Shown piece by piece: positions 1 to 9,682 of a stretch of 64,000 nt of DNA. The stretch spans positions 96,001 to 160,000 of the forward strand of contig CAXNJO010000011.1 of NCBI GenBank assembly GCA_964202905.1, in the 5' to 3' direction. The first letter of the stretch is position 1. Every line of letters begins with the position of its first letter. The notes beneath the pieces were generated by a model. That model did no database searches. It was not told the DNA's origin and saw only the letters and a program-made list of their open reading frames with translations. The position numbers and the translations under genes are program-made. Source of the stretch: Polyangiales bacterium (GTDB lineage: Bacteria; Myxococcota_A; Polyangia; Polyangiales; JADJQN01).

Positions 1-308
1 CGCGCGAGCATCGCCGGACCGACGATGCGCATGAAGCCCGCGAGCACGACGACCTTCGGTGCGAAGGCGGCGACCGCGTCGGCGAGCCGGGCGTCCCACG
101 CGGGACGGTCCGCCTTGCCCTCGAGCGCGACCGCGATCGCGGGGAGGTGGTGCGCGCGCGCGAGCGCGAGGGCGGGCGCGTCGGGCTTGTCGGACACGAC
201 CGCGACCACGCGCGCGGTGCATGTCTCTGCGGCGCAGGCGTCGAGGATCGCGCGCAGGTTGCTGCCGCGGCCGGAAGCGAGGACGACGACGTCGAGCGGC
301 GCGTGCAT
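1..308 (-). CDS. purN: phosphoribosylglycinamide formyltransferase (5' part; runs off window start)
   Basis: Manual translation from ATG at 308: MHAPLDVVVLASGRGSNLRAILD...VVSDKPDAPAL...VVVLAGFMRIVG; SGRGSN and LAGFMRI are PurN motifs; directly downstream of purM. Confidence 0.93.
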   Translation of the reverse strand, partial: MHAPLDVVVLASGRGSNLRAILDACAAETCTARVVAVVSDKPDAPALALARAHHLPAIAVALEGKADRPAWDARLADAVAAFAPKVVVLAGFMRIVGPAMLA

Positions 309-318
309 CGCCTCGACC

Positions 319-1368
319 TCAGCGGAAGCGGACCCGCGCTTCGAACTCGGCGCCGGGCATCGCGACGACCTCGCCGATCACGGTCGCGGCCTCGCCCGCC
401 GCGATGAACGCGGCCTTCACAGCGTCCGCGTGCGCCGGGTCGACGACGGCCACGAGGCCGAGGCCGAGGTTGAAGGTGCGGCGCATCTCGTCTTCGTCGA
501 CGTCACCGGCGCGCTGCACGAGGTCGAAGATCGCCGGGCGCGCCCACGCGGCCGGGTCGACGACGACGCCGAGGCCCTCGGGGAGCACGCGCGGGACGTT
601 GCCGGGCAGCCCGCCCCCGGTGATGTGCGAGAGCGCGTGCACAGCGCCGGGCGCGGCCGCGAGCACCGCTTGCACGGACTTCGCGTAGATGCGCGTCGGC
701 CGGAGCAGCGCCGCGCCGAGCGTCTCGCCGAGCGCGTCGACGTGCGCGTCGAGCGTCAGCCCCGCGCGCTCGAGCAGCGCCTTGCGGACGAGCGAGTAGC
801 CGTTCGAGTGCACGCCGCTCGAGGCGATGCCGAGCACGACGTCGCCGGGGCGCACCGCGCTTCCGTCGAGGATCTTCGCGCGCTCGACGACCCCGACGGC
901 GAAGCCCGCGAGGTCGTACTCGCCGTCCGCGTAGAACCCGGGGAGCTCGGCCGTCTCGCCGCCGAGCAACGCGCAGCCTGCTTGCGTGCAACCGTCCGCG
1001 ATGCCGCGGATCACATCCGCTGCGCGCGCGACGTCGAGCCGACCGGTGGCGAAATAATCGAGGAAGAACAGGGGACGCGCGCCGCACGTGACGATGTCGT
1101 TCACGCACATCGCGACGAGGTCGATGCCGACCGTGTCGTGCACGTCTGCGAGGAAGGCGAGCTTGAGCTTCGTCCCGACGCCGTCGGTGCCCGAGACGAG
1201 GATGGGGTCGACGAGCCCCGAGGGCAGCGCGCAGAGTCCCGCGAAACCGCCCACGCCGCCGAGCACCTCGGGGATGCGCGTGCGCGCGGCGAAGGGCTTG
1301 ATGCGATCGACGAGCGCATCGCCCGCGTCGATGTCGACGCCGGCCGCGCGGTAGCTGAGCTTGCCCAT
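319..1368 (-). CDS. purM: phosphoribosylformylglycinamidine cyclo-ligase (AIR synthase)
   Basis: [60 protein letters not shown]; start trimmed to ATG 1368. Confidence 0.97.
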   Translation of the reverse strand: MGKLSYRAAGVDIDAGDALVDRIKPFAARTRIPEVLGGVGGFAGLCALPSGLVDPILVSGTDGVGTKLKLAFLADVHDTVGIDLVAMCVNDIVTCGARPLFFLDYFATGRLDVARAADVIRGIADGCTQAGCALLGGETAELPGFYADGEYDLAGFAVGVVERAKILDGSAVRPGDVVLGIASSGVHSNGYSLVRKALLERAGLTLDAHVDALGETLGAALLRPTRIYAKSVQAVLAAAPGAVHALSHITGGGLPGNVPRVLPEGLGVVVDPAAWARPAIFDLVQRAGDVDEDEMRRTFNLGLGLVAVVDPAHADAVKAAFIAAGEAATVIGEVVAMPGAEFEARVRFR

Positions 1369-1441
1369 GAGGAGCGCGACGCTAGCAGAGCGGCGCAGCG
1401 GCGGCGACCGTGTTGGACGGGTCGCGGCGGGCTCGTCGCCG

Positions 1442-2338
1442 TCAGAAGGAGAGCGCGGTCGCGACGCCGAGGGTGCCGCCGACGGGGGGCTCGACCTCAC
1501 CGTCCCCGACGAGCAGCACCGTCGCCACGACGCCGCCGGCGACGGCCGCGCCGATGAGCGTCCAGAACCACCAGCGGGTCGCGATCGAGCCGCCGTCGCG
1601 GTGCGTTCCCGCGGGCGATGCGGGGGCGGCCGTCGCCGCGCCGGTGGTCGTCTCGCCCGCGTCGCGGGCCGCCTGTTCGGGCGTCGGTGCGGAACCGCGC
1701 GGGGCAAGCGTCACGCCCTGCCGCGTGAGTTCGCGCGCGCGCACCGTGATCTCCGTGGTGAAGGGCGCAAAACCCTCCGCCAGCACCTCGAGCGGCGCGC
1801 GGCCGACGAGGACGGTGATCGGCGCGGCGAGGGGCAGCACGCCGACTGCGCGTCCGCCGAGCCAGACGGTGGCGCCGGTGACGCCGCCGAGGACCTCGAG
1901 CTGCCCGACCTGCTCGCCGATCGACCGGAACGCGCCGTTCAGCGAGACCCGGTTGCGCGCGATCCACGGGTCGCTCGTGACCGAGAGCGCAGCCGTGAGG
2001 TGGGTGTGGGCGTCGACCCAGCGACCCAGCGCCTGCTCGCAGAGCGCGAGCTGCGCCGTGTTGCGCGGCGTCGGAGCGGCCGCGTGCGCGCGCTGGAAGA
2101 GCACGAGCGCCGACGCGTCGTCCCCGGCCTCACGGAGCGCGATGCCCTGTTCGACCAGCGCTTCCGGGTCCGGCGTGGCCGTCGTGGGCGTCGCCGCGTC
2201 GGAGGTCTGCGGCGCCTGCGCGTGAACGCCGGCGGGCGCGGCCATCGCGCAGGCGGTCGCGAGCAGCCCCACCGCGAGCGCGAGGCGCGGGAGATGGCCG
2301 GTGCGAGCGGTGCGGCCCGGAGGTGGCGTTCCGCTCAC
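1442..2338 (-). CDS. secreted TPR + PEGA-domain protein (myxobacterial type)
   Basis: Signal peptide, TPR-like helices ([16 protein letters not shown]), PEGA-like segment ([16 protein letters not shown]...AEGFAPF), C-terminal RWWFWT + hydrophobic segment. Confidence 0.75.
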   Translation of the reverse strand: MSGTPPPGRTARTGHLPRLALAVGLLATACAMAAPAGVHAQAPQTSDAATPTTATPDPEALVEQGIALREAGDDASALVLFQRAHAAAPTPRNTAQLALCEQALGRWVDAHTHLTAALSVTSDPWIARNRVSLNGAFRSIGEQVGQLEVLGGVTGATVWLGGRAVGVLPLAAPITVLVGRAPLEVLAEGFAPFTTEITVRARELTRQGVTLAPRGSAPTPEQAARDAGETTTGAATAAPASPAGTHRDGGSIATRWWFWTLIGAAVAGGVVATVLLVGDGEVEPPVGGTLGVATALSF

Positions 2339-2846
2339 GGGGTCGACGCCCGCACGCAGCGCACACGCGCGACGGTGGAGACGGTGGTGGGGAGCGTGTC
2401 ACCGTTCGCGAAGTTGATGCGCCAGCCGTTCATCGGTCGTCATGACGTCCAGCGTACGGCGTCGCGCTCCAGTAGTACTCGGCCGTGGCCATGAAGAGCG
2501 GGTCGATGGCGGGGACGCTCGCCGAGCCCATGCGGGTCTCGTCGACGAGCGACGCGAGCTCCAGCACCTCCGGCAGCCGCCAGCCCGCACCGAGGGACGC
2601 GCAGTACGTCGTGGCGTCGGCCTGCGTCATCGCCGACGGAGCGGACGCGCGCTGCCAGACGAGCCCCGTGTTCACGTCGGTCGCCTCGCTCGCCTCGCTC
2701 GCCGTCACCGTGTAGGTGCCTGCGGGGGCGTCGGCCTGCGCAGGCCAGGCGCAGACGCCCGCGGCGAGGGGAAGCGCGGCCAACAAGGCCTCGAGCGAGC
2801 GGCGGGCGGGGTGGGGCATCGGGGCTCGGTGAGGAAGGGGGCGCAT
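2335..2846 (-). pseudogene. DUF1566/Lcl-domain secreted protein with an apparent frameshift near 2430-2450
   Basis: DVNTGLVWQR, YCASL, WRLPEVLELASLVD, YYWSATP, then stop at 2430; the expected ending WRINFANG...ARVRCVR continues in another frame to TGA 2335-2337. Could be a sequencing indel. Confidence 0.7.
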
Positions 2847-3982
2847 CAGCGCACGCAGCGCGCGTGGTAACCCGCGCTCGCGGAGCCGCGGCTGATGACG
2901 CCGTCCGCGAAGCCGACGAGCCAGAACTTTCCGGCCTCGCGGGCGACGGGGGAGCGTGTCCAATGCTGACGCGCTTGCGCGGCGGGGAAGACGGCCCGGT
3001 CGATCGTCGGATTGAAGCGCGCGTAATCGACGAGAGACGCGAGCTCGATGCGGGAGGGAAGTCGCCAGTCGGATTTGCCGTCGAGTTCGAGCCCTTCGCA
3101 GTAGGCGGCCGACGTGGCTTGACTCCGTGGAGAACCGTCTGCCGTCCGCTCCCACTCGAGGCCGGTGACGAGGTCGAGGACGGTGGTGGAAATTGCGTCG
3201 TAGAGGTAGGCACGCGCGTGGGGCGGCGTCCCCGGCAGCTCCCAGGCGGCCCAGATCGAGGGGGGCGGGCGCGTCAGACCGCCCGCGTCGTCGCCCAGAT
3301 CGGACACGCCGAGGTCCAGCGGGCCGAGGTCGGGCGTGTCCGAATCCGGGGCGTCTGCGTCCGTCGTGTCGGCGTCGCGCGTGTCGAGGTCGGCGCCAGC
3401 GTCGGCGGGGCCGGGCGGCGCGCCGGGCCCGTAGAGCGGGAGGCTCGCGACGTCGACCTCGGCATCCTCGCAGACGCCTGCGCGGCACGTCTCCGTCGCG
3501 CCGCAGCGCACGGGAATGCACGCGTCCTCGAGCTCGACGCGCAGCAGGTGCGTCCGCCCGGCGACGAAGGTGCCGCGCGCGCGCGCTTCGCCGACGCGGT
3601 CGCCGCCCGAGGCCGCGGCCGTCACGACGATCTCGAAGCGCCGCGAGGCATCGCCGTCCTTCGGCACGACCCCGAGCGACACGGGGAACGCGAGCGCGCC
3701 GCCGCTCCGCTCGAAGACCGTCGCGGGGCTGAATGCTTCGGGGCTCGCGGCCGCCGCGCCGCGCACGGCGATCGTGAGGGACGCGGCTTCCAGGGCGACG
3801 CCGGGTTCGGCCTCGACGACGACGAACACCTCGGTGCGCGGGGTCGGCGTGCAGGCGGCCGCCGCGAACGCGCCGAGCGCGAGCCCCACCAGCAGGCCGG
3901 CCGGTCGCAGTGCGCGCTCGGTCGACACCTCCGGAGGGGGCGGGCGGCGGGGGCGGGCAGAAGCGCGGATTCTCGGGTGCAT
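2846..3982 (-). CDS. lipoprotein with C-terminal DUF1566/Lcl domain
   Basis: Lipobox AAAAC, Cys-rich motif (CIPVRCGATETCRAGVC), DA-rich linker, DLVTGLEWER, WRLPSRIELASLVD, WLVGFADG, ARCVR; start uncertain (3982 or GTG 3928). Confidence 0.8.
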   Translation of the reverse strand: MHPRIRASARPRRPPPPEVSTERALRPAGLLVGLALGAFAAAACTPTPRTEVFVVVEAEPGVALEAASLTIAVRGAAAASPEAFSPATVFERSGGALAFPVSLGVVPKDGDASRRFEIVVTAAASGGDRVGEARARGTFVAGRTHLLRVELEDACIPVRCGATETCRAGVCEDAEVDVASLPLYGPGAPPGPADAGADLDTRDADTTDADAPDSDTPDLGPLDLGVSDLGDDAGGLTRPPPSIWAAWELPGTPPHARAYLYDAISTTVLDLVTGLEWERTADGSPRSQATSAAYCEGLELDGKSDWRLPSRIELASLVDYARFNPTIDRAVFPAAQARQHWTRSPVAREAGKFWLVGFADGVISRGSASAGYHARCVR

Positions 3983-4100
3983 CGTCGAGCGCTCCTCGCG
4001 CCGGACACTAACGCCAGCGCCGCGCGCGCGTCCAGCGTGCTCGTTCGCCTGGCGAGCGCGCGATGTCCCCGCAACGGGACGTGATACCGTCCGGCCCCGT

Positions 4101-5627
4101 ATGCCGTCCGCGAGTCTCGCCATCGGCACCCGCTTCGGGCCGTACACCATCCTGCGACTGCTCGGTGAGGGCGGGATGGGGTCGGTCTACGAGGCGCGCC
4201 ACGAGCGGCTCGCGAAGCGCGTCGCGCTGAAGGTCCTGCACGCCGACGTGGTCGCGACCAACGAAGAGGCCGTCGCGCGCTTCACGCGCGAGGGCGAGGT
4301 GGCGTCGCAGATCCGGCATCCGAACGTCGTCGACGTGACGGACGTCGGCCGCGAAGACGGCGTCCCGTACATGGTCATGGAGTACCTCGAGGGCGAGACG
4401 CTCGGTGCGCTGCTCGAGACGCGTCGGGCGCTCGAGGTGAGCGAGGCGATCGACCTCCTGCTGCCCATCGCCTCGGCCCTCGCCGCCGCGCACGAGGAGC
4501 AGATCGTCCACCGCGATCTGAAGCCGGACAACATCTTCCTCGCGCGGACGCGCGTCGGCGAGGTGGTCCCGAAGCTGGTCGACTTCGGGATCTCGAAGTT
4601 CGAGCGCGAGCACGACCCGAAGCTCACCGCGGTCGGCGCGATGATGGGCACGCCGCAGTACATGTCGCCGGAGCAGGCCCGCGGCTCGCGCGACGTCGAC
4701 GGACGCACCGACCAGTATGCGTTCGGCGTCATCCTCCACGAGTGCCTCACCGGCGAGACGGCCGTGCGCGGCGACTCGCTGCTCGAGATCCTCCACGAGA
4801 TCAACAGCGGCCGCATCGCGCGGGTCGACGCGCTCCGCCCCGGCGTGCCGTCCGGGTTGGTCGACGCTGTCGCGCGGATGCACGCCCGCGATCCCGCCGA
4901 TCGTTTCCCCGACATGGTCGCGGTCGGGGCCGAGCTGCTGCCCTTCGCGAGTCCGCGGGCCCGCGCGGTCTGGGGCGCGCGCTTCGTGGCGGGCGAGGCT
5001 GCGCCCGCGTCGACCTCGCATGGCACGGGGGCCGTGGAGAGAACCCCGACGAACCAGACGTTCTGGCAGCTGCCGGCTGGCAACCACGCGAACGTGACAG
5101 CCGCCGCAGAGGGAACCCCGGCGCCGACGATGGGGACGGCGCCCTCCTCATCACCGGAATCCGCGCCGCGCCCGCCGCGATTCGTCGCCCTCGCCCTCGG
5201 CGTCGTCGTTGGGCTTGGCGCGCTCGCCGCCGCGATCGGGTTTCGCGCGGGTACCGCGGCGCCAGCCCCCACGGAGTCGCCCGGACCGTTCCCCGCGGTC
5301 GCGGCGCCTTCCGCGCCTGCCGTTGTGCGTGTCGACGAGACGGAGCCCGCAGCGCCCGTTCCTTCGGGGATCGCCGCGCCGGACCCCAGCGCGCCAGCGG
5401 ATGCCCCGCAGACCGAGCCGGATGCGGGTACGCGGCCCGCCGGTGACCCCGTGGCGCTCGCTGCGGGCTCCGCGTCGCCCGAACCCACCGACGTCCCGGA
5501 CGCCGGCGCGCCGGCGTCGCCTGAAGCCGAGGGGCTTCCCGCCGTCGAGCGCCCCAGCGGCCCGCGTCGCGGCCCCGGGCGGCGCCACGTGAGGCAAGGC
5601 GCGAACCGCTCGATCATCCTGCGCTGA
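4101..5627 (+). CDS. Hanks-type Ser/Thr protein kinase with TM segment and Pro/Ala-rich tail
   Basis: LGEGGMGSVY, VALKVL, HRDLKPDN, DFGISK, GTPQYMSPEQ; hydrophobic segment after the kinase domain. Confidence 0.95.
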   Translation: MPSASLAIGTRFGPYTILRLLGEGGMGSVYEARHERLAKRVALKVLHADVVATNEEAVARFTREGEVASQIRHPNVVDVTDVGREDGVPYMVMEYLEGETLGALLETRRALEVSEAIDLLLPIASALAAAHEEQIVHRDLKPDNIFLARTRVGEVVPKLVDFGISKFEREHDPKLTAVGAMMGTPQYMSPEQARGSRDVDGRTDQYAFGVILHECLTGETAVRGDSLLEILHEINSGRIARVDALRPGVPSGLVDAVARMHARDPADRFPDMVAVGAELLPFASPRARAVWGARFVAGEAAPASTSHGTGAVERTPTNQTFWQLPAGNHANVTAAAEGTPAPTMGTAPSSSPESAPRPPRFVALALGVVVGLGALAAAIGFRAGTAAPAPTESPGPFPAVAAPSAPAVVRVDETEPAAPVPSGIAAPDPSAPADAPQTEPDAGTRPAGDPVALAAGSASPEPTDVPDAGAPASPEAEGLPAVERPSGPRRGPGRRHVRQGANRSIILR

Positions 5628-5784
5628 CGGTCGCCTGCGCGGTCGAGCCTGGCGTGCCGGCGGCGGCGCGGTCCGCGAGCGTTTGTGGATTCCCCGGTTT
5701 TCCGATGCGCGCGACGGGACAATCCTCACGTCGCGCGCGCGGCGACGGATGACAAGTCCCCCGCTTCCACTAGGATGCGGCCCC

Positions 5785-8700
5785 GTGTCGACCGCCACCT
5801 CCGCGAATTCGCCCGTTTTTCCGTCTCCTGCGCAGGGCGCGGGGCATTCGGAACCCGTCCTCCGCCTCGGGATTCCGGGCTTCGCCTACGAAGACCTCCA
5901 CCGGCCGGAGCGGCTCGCGGCGCTGCTCGCGCTCTTCGACGCGGAGCTCGAGCGGGACGAGCCCGCCGCGCACGCCGGGCTGCTCGCGTGGCGCGGGGAC
6001 CCGGACGGCCTCGACGTCGCCCGCGCGAGCGAGGCCATCCTCGCCGCGGCCCCGCACGTCGAGCGCTTCGTGGCGCGCCTCTTCGGGGTCGAAGACGCGC
6101 TGCGGCGGAAGTCCGAGGAGATCCGCTACGACGACCCGGTCTTCGCGTTCAAGCGCGAGTTCGCCCGCAAGCGCGTGCTGAAGGCGGGCGCGGGTCGCGG
6201 ATGGGCCGAAGGGCAGCCGGCGGGCACGCCGGGGGGCGCCGCGGCGGTCGCGCGCTGCGCACTGAGGGCGCTCGGGGCGGAGCTCGACGCCGACGAGGAG
6301 CGTGAGGTCGCGCGGGCCGCGCTGCTGCTCGGCGAGGCCGACGAGATCGCGCGCAAGGTGCAGAAGGCCGGCGGCGCGAGCTGGACGGATGGGCTCCGCG
6401 CGCGCACGGCGACGCTGCGCGCGGCCCTCGCCGCGGACGCCGCCGCGAGCGCGGCGCTCGACGCCGGGCTGTTCGCGTCACCGGGAGAGGCCGCGGCCGC
6501 CGACGCCCCGGACTTTGCCCTCGTCGCGCGGGTCGCCGACGCCGTCGAGGCGTGGCTCGCCGCGCGCGCGGCCGACCGGGGCGATCCGGCGAGCGGCTGG
6601 GCGTCGCTCCACGCGCCGCACAAATGGGTCTTCGAGAGCCTCGTGCAGCTCCGCCGCTCGCGCGAGGCGCTGCCCGAGGAGTTCGTCGGTCCCGAGTCGC
6701 ACCGCCGCGAGCGCACCGAGCCCTTTGCGCTCACCGATCCGCGCGGCTCGATGCGCCACATCGCGCAGCAAGTCGACTACTGCCTCTACTGCCACGACCG
6801 CGGCAAAGACTCCTGCAGCAAGGGCCTGCGCGACAAGTCCGGCGGCCTGAAGAAGAACCCGCTCGGCGTCGAGCTCGCGGGCTGCCCGCTCTTCGAGAAG
6901 ATCAGCGAGATGCATCTGCTCCGCCGCGACGGCGGCGTCGTGAGCGCGCTCGCGACGGCGATGATCGACAACCCGATGCTCGCGGGTACCGGTCACCGCA
7001 TCTGCAACGACTGCATGAAGGGCTGCGTCTACCAGACGCAGGAGCCCGTCGATATCCCGCAGGTCGAGACGCGGATGCTCGTCGACGTGCTGAACCTGCC
7101 GTGGGGCTACGAGATCTGGTCCTTCCTCTCCCGCTGGAACCCGCTCAACCCGCGCCGCCCGCACGCGCTCCCGTACAACGGCAAGAACGTGCTCGTCGTC
7201 GGGCTCGGCCCCGCGGGCTACACGCTCGCGCACCACCTCGTGAACGAGGGCTTCGGCGTCGCTGGCGTCGATGGCCTCAAGCTCGAACCGATGCCCGACG
7301 CGCTCACCGGGCGCAACGGCCACGCGCTCGCGCCCATCCACGACGTGCGCGCGCTGAACGAGCCGCTCGAGGAGCGCACGCTCCTCGGCTTCGGCGGCGT
7401 CAGCGAGTACGGGATCACCGTCCGCTGGGACAAGAACTTCCTCGCGGTCCTCTACCTGAACCTGCTGCGCCGCCCGACCTTCCGCGTCTACGGCGGCGTG
7501 CGCTTCGGCGGCACGCTCGACCTCGACGACGCCTGGCGCCTCGGCATCGACCACGTCGCCCTCGCGAGCGGCGCCGGCAAGCCGACGTTCATCCGCATCC
7601 GCAACAACCTCATCCGCGGCGTGCGCAAGGCCTCGGACTTCCTCATGAGTTTGCAGCTCACGGGCGCCTACAAGCGCTCGTCGCTCGCGAACCTGCAGGT
7701 GCGCCTGCCGGGCGTCGTGATCGGCGGCGGCCTCACCGCGATCGACACCGCGACCGAGATGCTCGCGTACTACGTCGTGCAGGCCGAGCGCACGCTGAGC
7801 CGCTACGAGCGCCTGCTCGAAGAGGTCGGCGTGGAGGCCCTGCGCGCGCGTTTCGACGCCGAGGAGCGCGAGGTGCTCGACGAGGTCGTCGAGCACGGCC
7901 GCGCGATCCGCGACGAGCGTGTCGCCGCCGCGCGCGAGGGGCGCGTGCCGCGCCTGCAGCCGCTGCTCGATGGCTGGGGCGGCGTGAGCATCGTCTACCG
8001 CCGCACCGTGAAGGACTCGCCGGCCTACCGCCTCAACCACGAGGAGGTCGCGAAGTCGCTCGAAGAGGGCGTGCGCTACGTCGAACTCATGTCGCCGGTC
8101 GAGGCGCACCCGGACGCGTACGGCGCGGTCGAGGCGATGAGCTTCGAGCGCCAGCGCTTCGACGAGGCGGGCAAGCTCGTCGGCACGGGCGAGCTCGTGA
8201 AACTGCCCGCGCGCACCGTCTGCATCGCCGCGGGGACGAGCCCGAACACCACGTACGAGCTCGAGCACGAGGGCAGCCTCGGCATCGAGCCGAAGACGGG
8301 CTACTTCCGCAACCACCGCGCCGTCCGCGACGCGGACGGCACGCTGCGTCTCGAGCCCACGACCGACGGCGGCGGCTTCTTCACGAACTACCTGAAGGAC
8401 GGACGCACCGTCAGCTACTACGGCGACAATCACCCGAAGTACGCGGGCTCCGTCGTGAAGGCGATGGCGAGCGCGAAGGACGGCTACCGCCACGTCGCGG
8501 CCGTGTTCGCGCCGGAGTTCGCCGCGCTGCGCGCCGAGGATCAACCCGCGCGCGATGTGAAATGGTCCGCCGACGCCGCGCGTCTCGACGGCGAGCTACG
8601 CGCGACCGTGCACGAGGTGCGGCGCCTCGCGCGCGACATCGTCGAGGTCGTCGTCCACGCGCCGCTCGCCGCGCGGAAGTTCAAGCCCGGCCAGTTCTAT

Positions 8701-9570
8701 CGGCTTCAGAACTACGAGCGTCACGCCACCGTCGTCGATGGCACGCCGCTCACGATGGAGGGCCTCGCGCTCACGGGCGCGTCCACCGACCCGGAGCGCG
8801 GGCTGATGTCCACGATCGTGCTCGAGATGGGCGCGTCGTCGCGGATGTGCGCGCTGCTGAAGAAGGGCGAAGAGGTCTCGCTGATGGGGCCGACGGGCGA
8901 GCCCACCTCGATCCCGCGCGGGGAGACGGTGCTGCTCGCGGGCGGCGGCCTCGGCAACGCGGTGCTCTTCTCGATCGCGCGCGCCTTCAAGGCGCAGGGC
9001 AGCAAGGTCATCTACTTCGCGGGCTATCGGCACACCGCGAGCGTCTTCAAGATGGACGAGATCGAGGCGTCGACCGACCAGGTCATCTGGGCGAGCGACG
9101 CCGGCGATCCGATCGTGCCGCGCCGCCCGCAGGACGCTCATTTCCGCGGCAACATCGTGCAGGCGATGCTCGCGTACGAGGCCGGCTCCCTCGGCGCGCG
9201 GCTCATCGAGCTCGGCGAGGTCGACCGCATCATCGCGATCGGTTCCGACCGCATGATGGAGGCCGTGAAGCACGCGCGGCACGGGGTCCTCGCGCCGTAT
9301 TTGAAGGGCGCGCACGCGGCCATCGGCAGCATCAACTCGCCGATGCAGTGCATGATGAAGCAGATCTGCGCGCAGTGTCTGCAGCGTCTCGTCGACCCCG
9401 TCACGGGGAAGGAGGAGATGGTCTACACCTGCTTCAATCAGGACCTCGAGCTCGACCGCGTCGACTTCCCGCACCTCGCCGCGCGCCTGCGCCAGAACAG
9501 CGTGCAGGAGAAACTCGCCAACCTCTGGTTCGAGCGGCTGCTGCGTGAGGGGCGCCCCGCGTCGGTGTAG
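5785..9570 (+). CDS. large Fe-S/FAD oxidoreductase: GltD/NfnB-like module fused to C-terminal PyrK/NfnA-like (FNR + 2Fe-2S) module
   Basis: CLYC...SC...GCP and CNDCMKGC (Fe-S), GLGPAG and GGGLTAID (dinucleotide binding), KPGQFYRLQ, GPTG, GGGLGNA, SPMQCMMKQICAQC...C; start uncertain (ORF opens at 5683). Confidence 0.85.
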   Translation: MSTATSANSPVFPSPAQGAGHSEPVLRLGIPGFAYEDLHRPERLAALLALFDAELERDEPAAHAGLLAWRGDPDGLDVARASEAILAAAPHVERFVARLFGVEDALRRKSEEIRYDDPVFAFKREFARKRVLKAGAGRGWAEGQPAGTPGGAAAVARCALRALGAELDADEEREVARAALLLGEADEIARKVQKAGGASWTDGLRARTATLRAALAADAAASAALDAGLFASPGEAAAADAPDFALVARVADAVEAWLAARAADRGDPASGWASLHAPHKWVFESLVQLRRSREALPEEFVGPESHRRERTEPFALTDPRGSMRHIAQQVDYCLYCHDRGKDSCSKGLRDKSGGLKKNPLGVELAGCPLFEKISEMHLLRRDGGVVSALATAMIDNPMLAGTGHRICNDCMKGCVYQTQEPVDIPQVETRMLVDVLNLPWGYEIWSFLSRWNPLNPRRPHALPYNGKNVLVVGLGPAGYTLAHHLVNEGFGVAGVDGLKLEPMPDALTGRNGHALAPIHDVRALNEPLEERTLLGFGGVSEYGITVRWDKNFLAVLYLNLLRRPTFRVYGGVRFGGTLDLDDAWRLGIDHVALASGAGKPTFIRIRNNLIRGVRKASDFLMSLQLTGAYKRSSLANLQVRLPGVVIGGGLTAIDTATEMLAYYVVQAERTLSRYERLLEEVGVEALRARFDAEEREVLDEVVEHGRAIRDERVAAAREGRVPRLQPLLDGWGGVSIVYRRTVKDSPAYRLNHEEVAKSLEEGVRYVELMSPVEAHPDAYGAVEAMSFERQRFDEAGKLVGTGELVKLPARTVCIAAGTSPNTTYELEHEGSLGIEPKTGYFRNHRAVRDADGTLRLEPTTDGGGFFTNYLKDGRTVSYYGDNHPKYAGSVVKAMASAKDGYRHVAAVFAPEFAALRAEDQPARDVKWSADAARLDGELRATVHEVRRLARDIVEVVVHAPLAARKFKPGQFYRLQNYERHATVVDGTPLTMEGLALTGASTDPERGLMSTIVLEMGASSRMCALLKKGEEVSLMGPTGEPTSIPRGETVLLAGGGLGNAVLFSIARAFKAQGSKVIYFAGYRHTASVFKMDEIEASTDQVIWASDAGDPIVPRRPQDAHFRGNIVQAMLAYEAGSLGARLIELGEVDRIIAIGSDRMMEAVKHARHGVLAPYLKGAHAAIGSINSPMQCMMKQICAQCLQRLVDPVTGKEEMVYTCFNQDLELDRVDFPHLAARLRQNSVQEKLANLWFERLLREGRPASV

Positions 9571-9682
9571 CCGCGGGGGCGTCGCGCGCCGTCGCCATCA
9601 CGGGCGCGGCGCGCGGGGTCGCACGGATTATGGCCCCGCGGCGCGTTCGTTTGGGGAACGCGGCGGTGCGAGCCGCCCTCGT

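Noticed and set aside
2335..3982. Diversity-generating retroelement around the DUF1566 genes
   Set aside because: No reverse transcriptase, accessory gene or near-identical template/variable repeat pair is visible in the window
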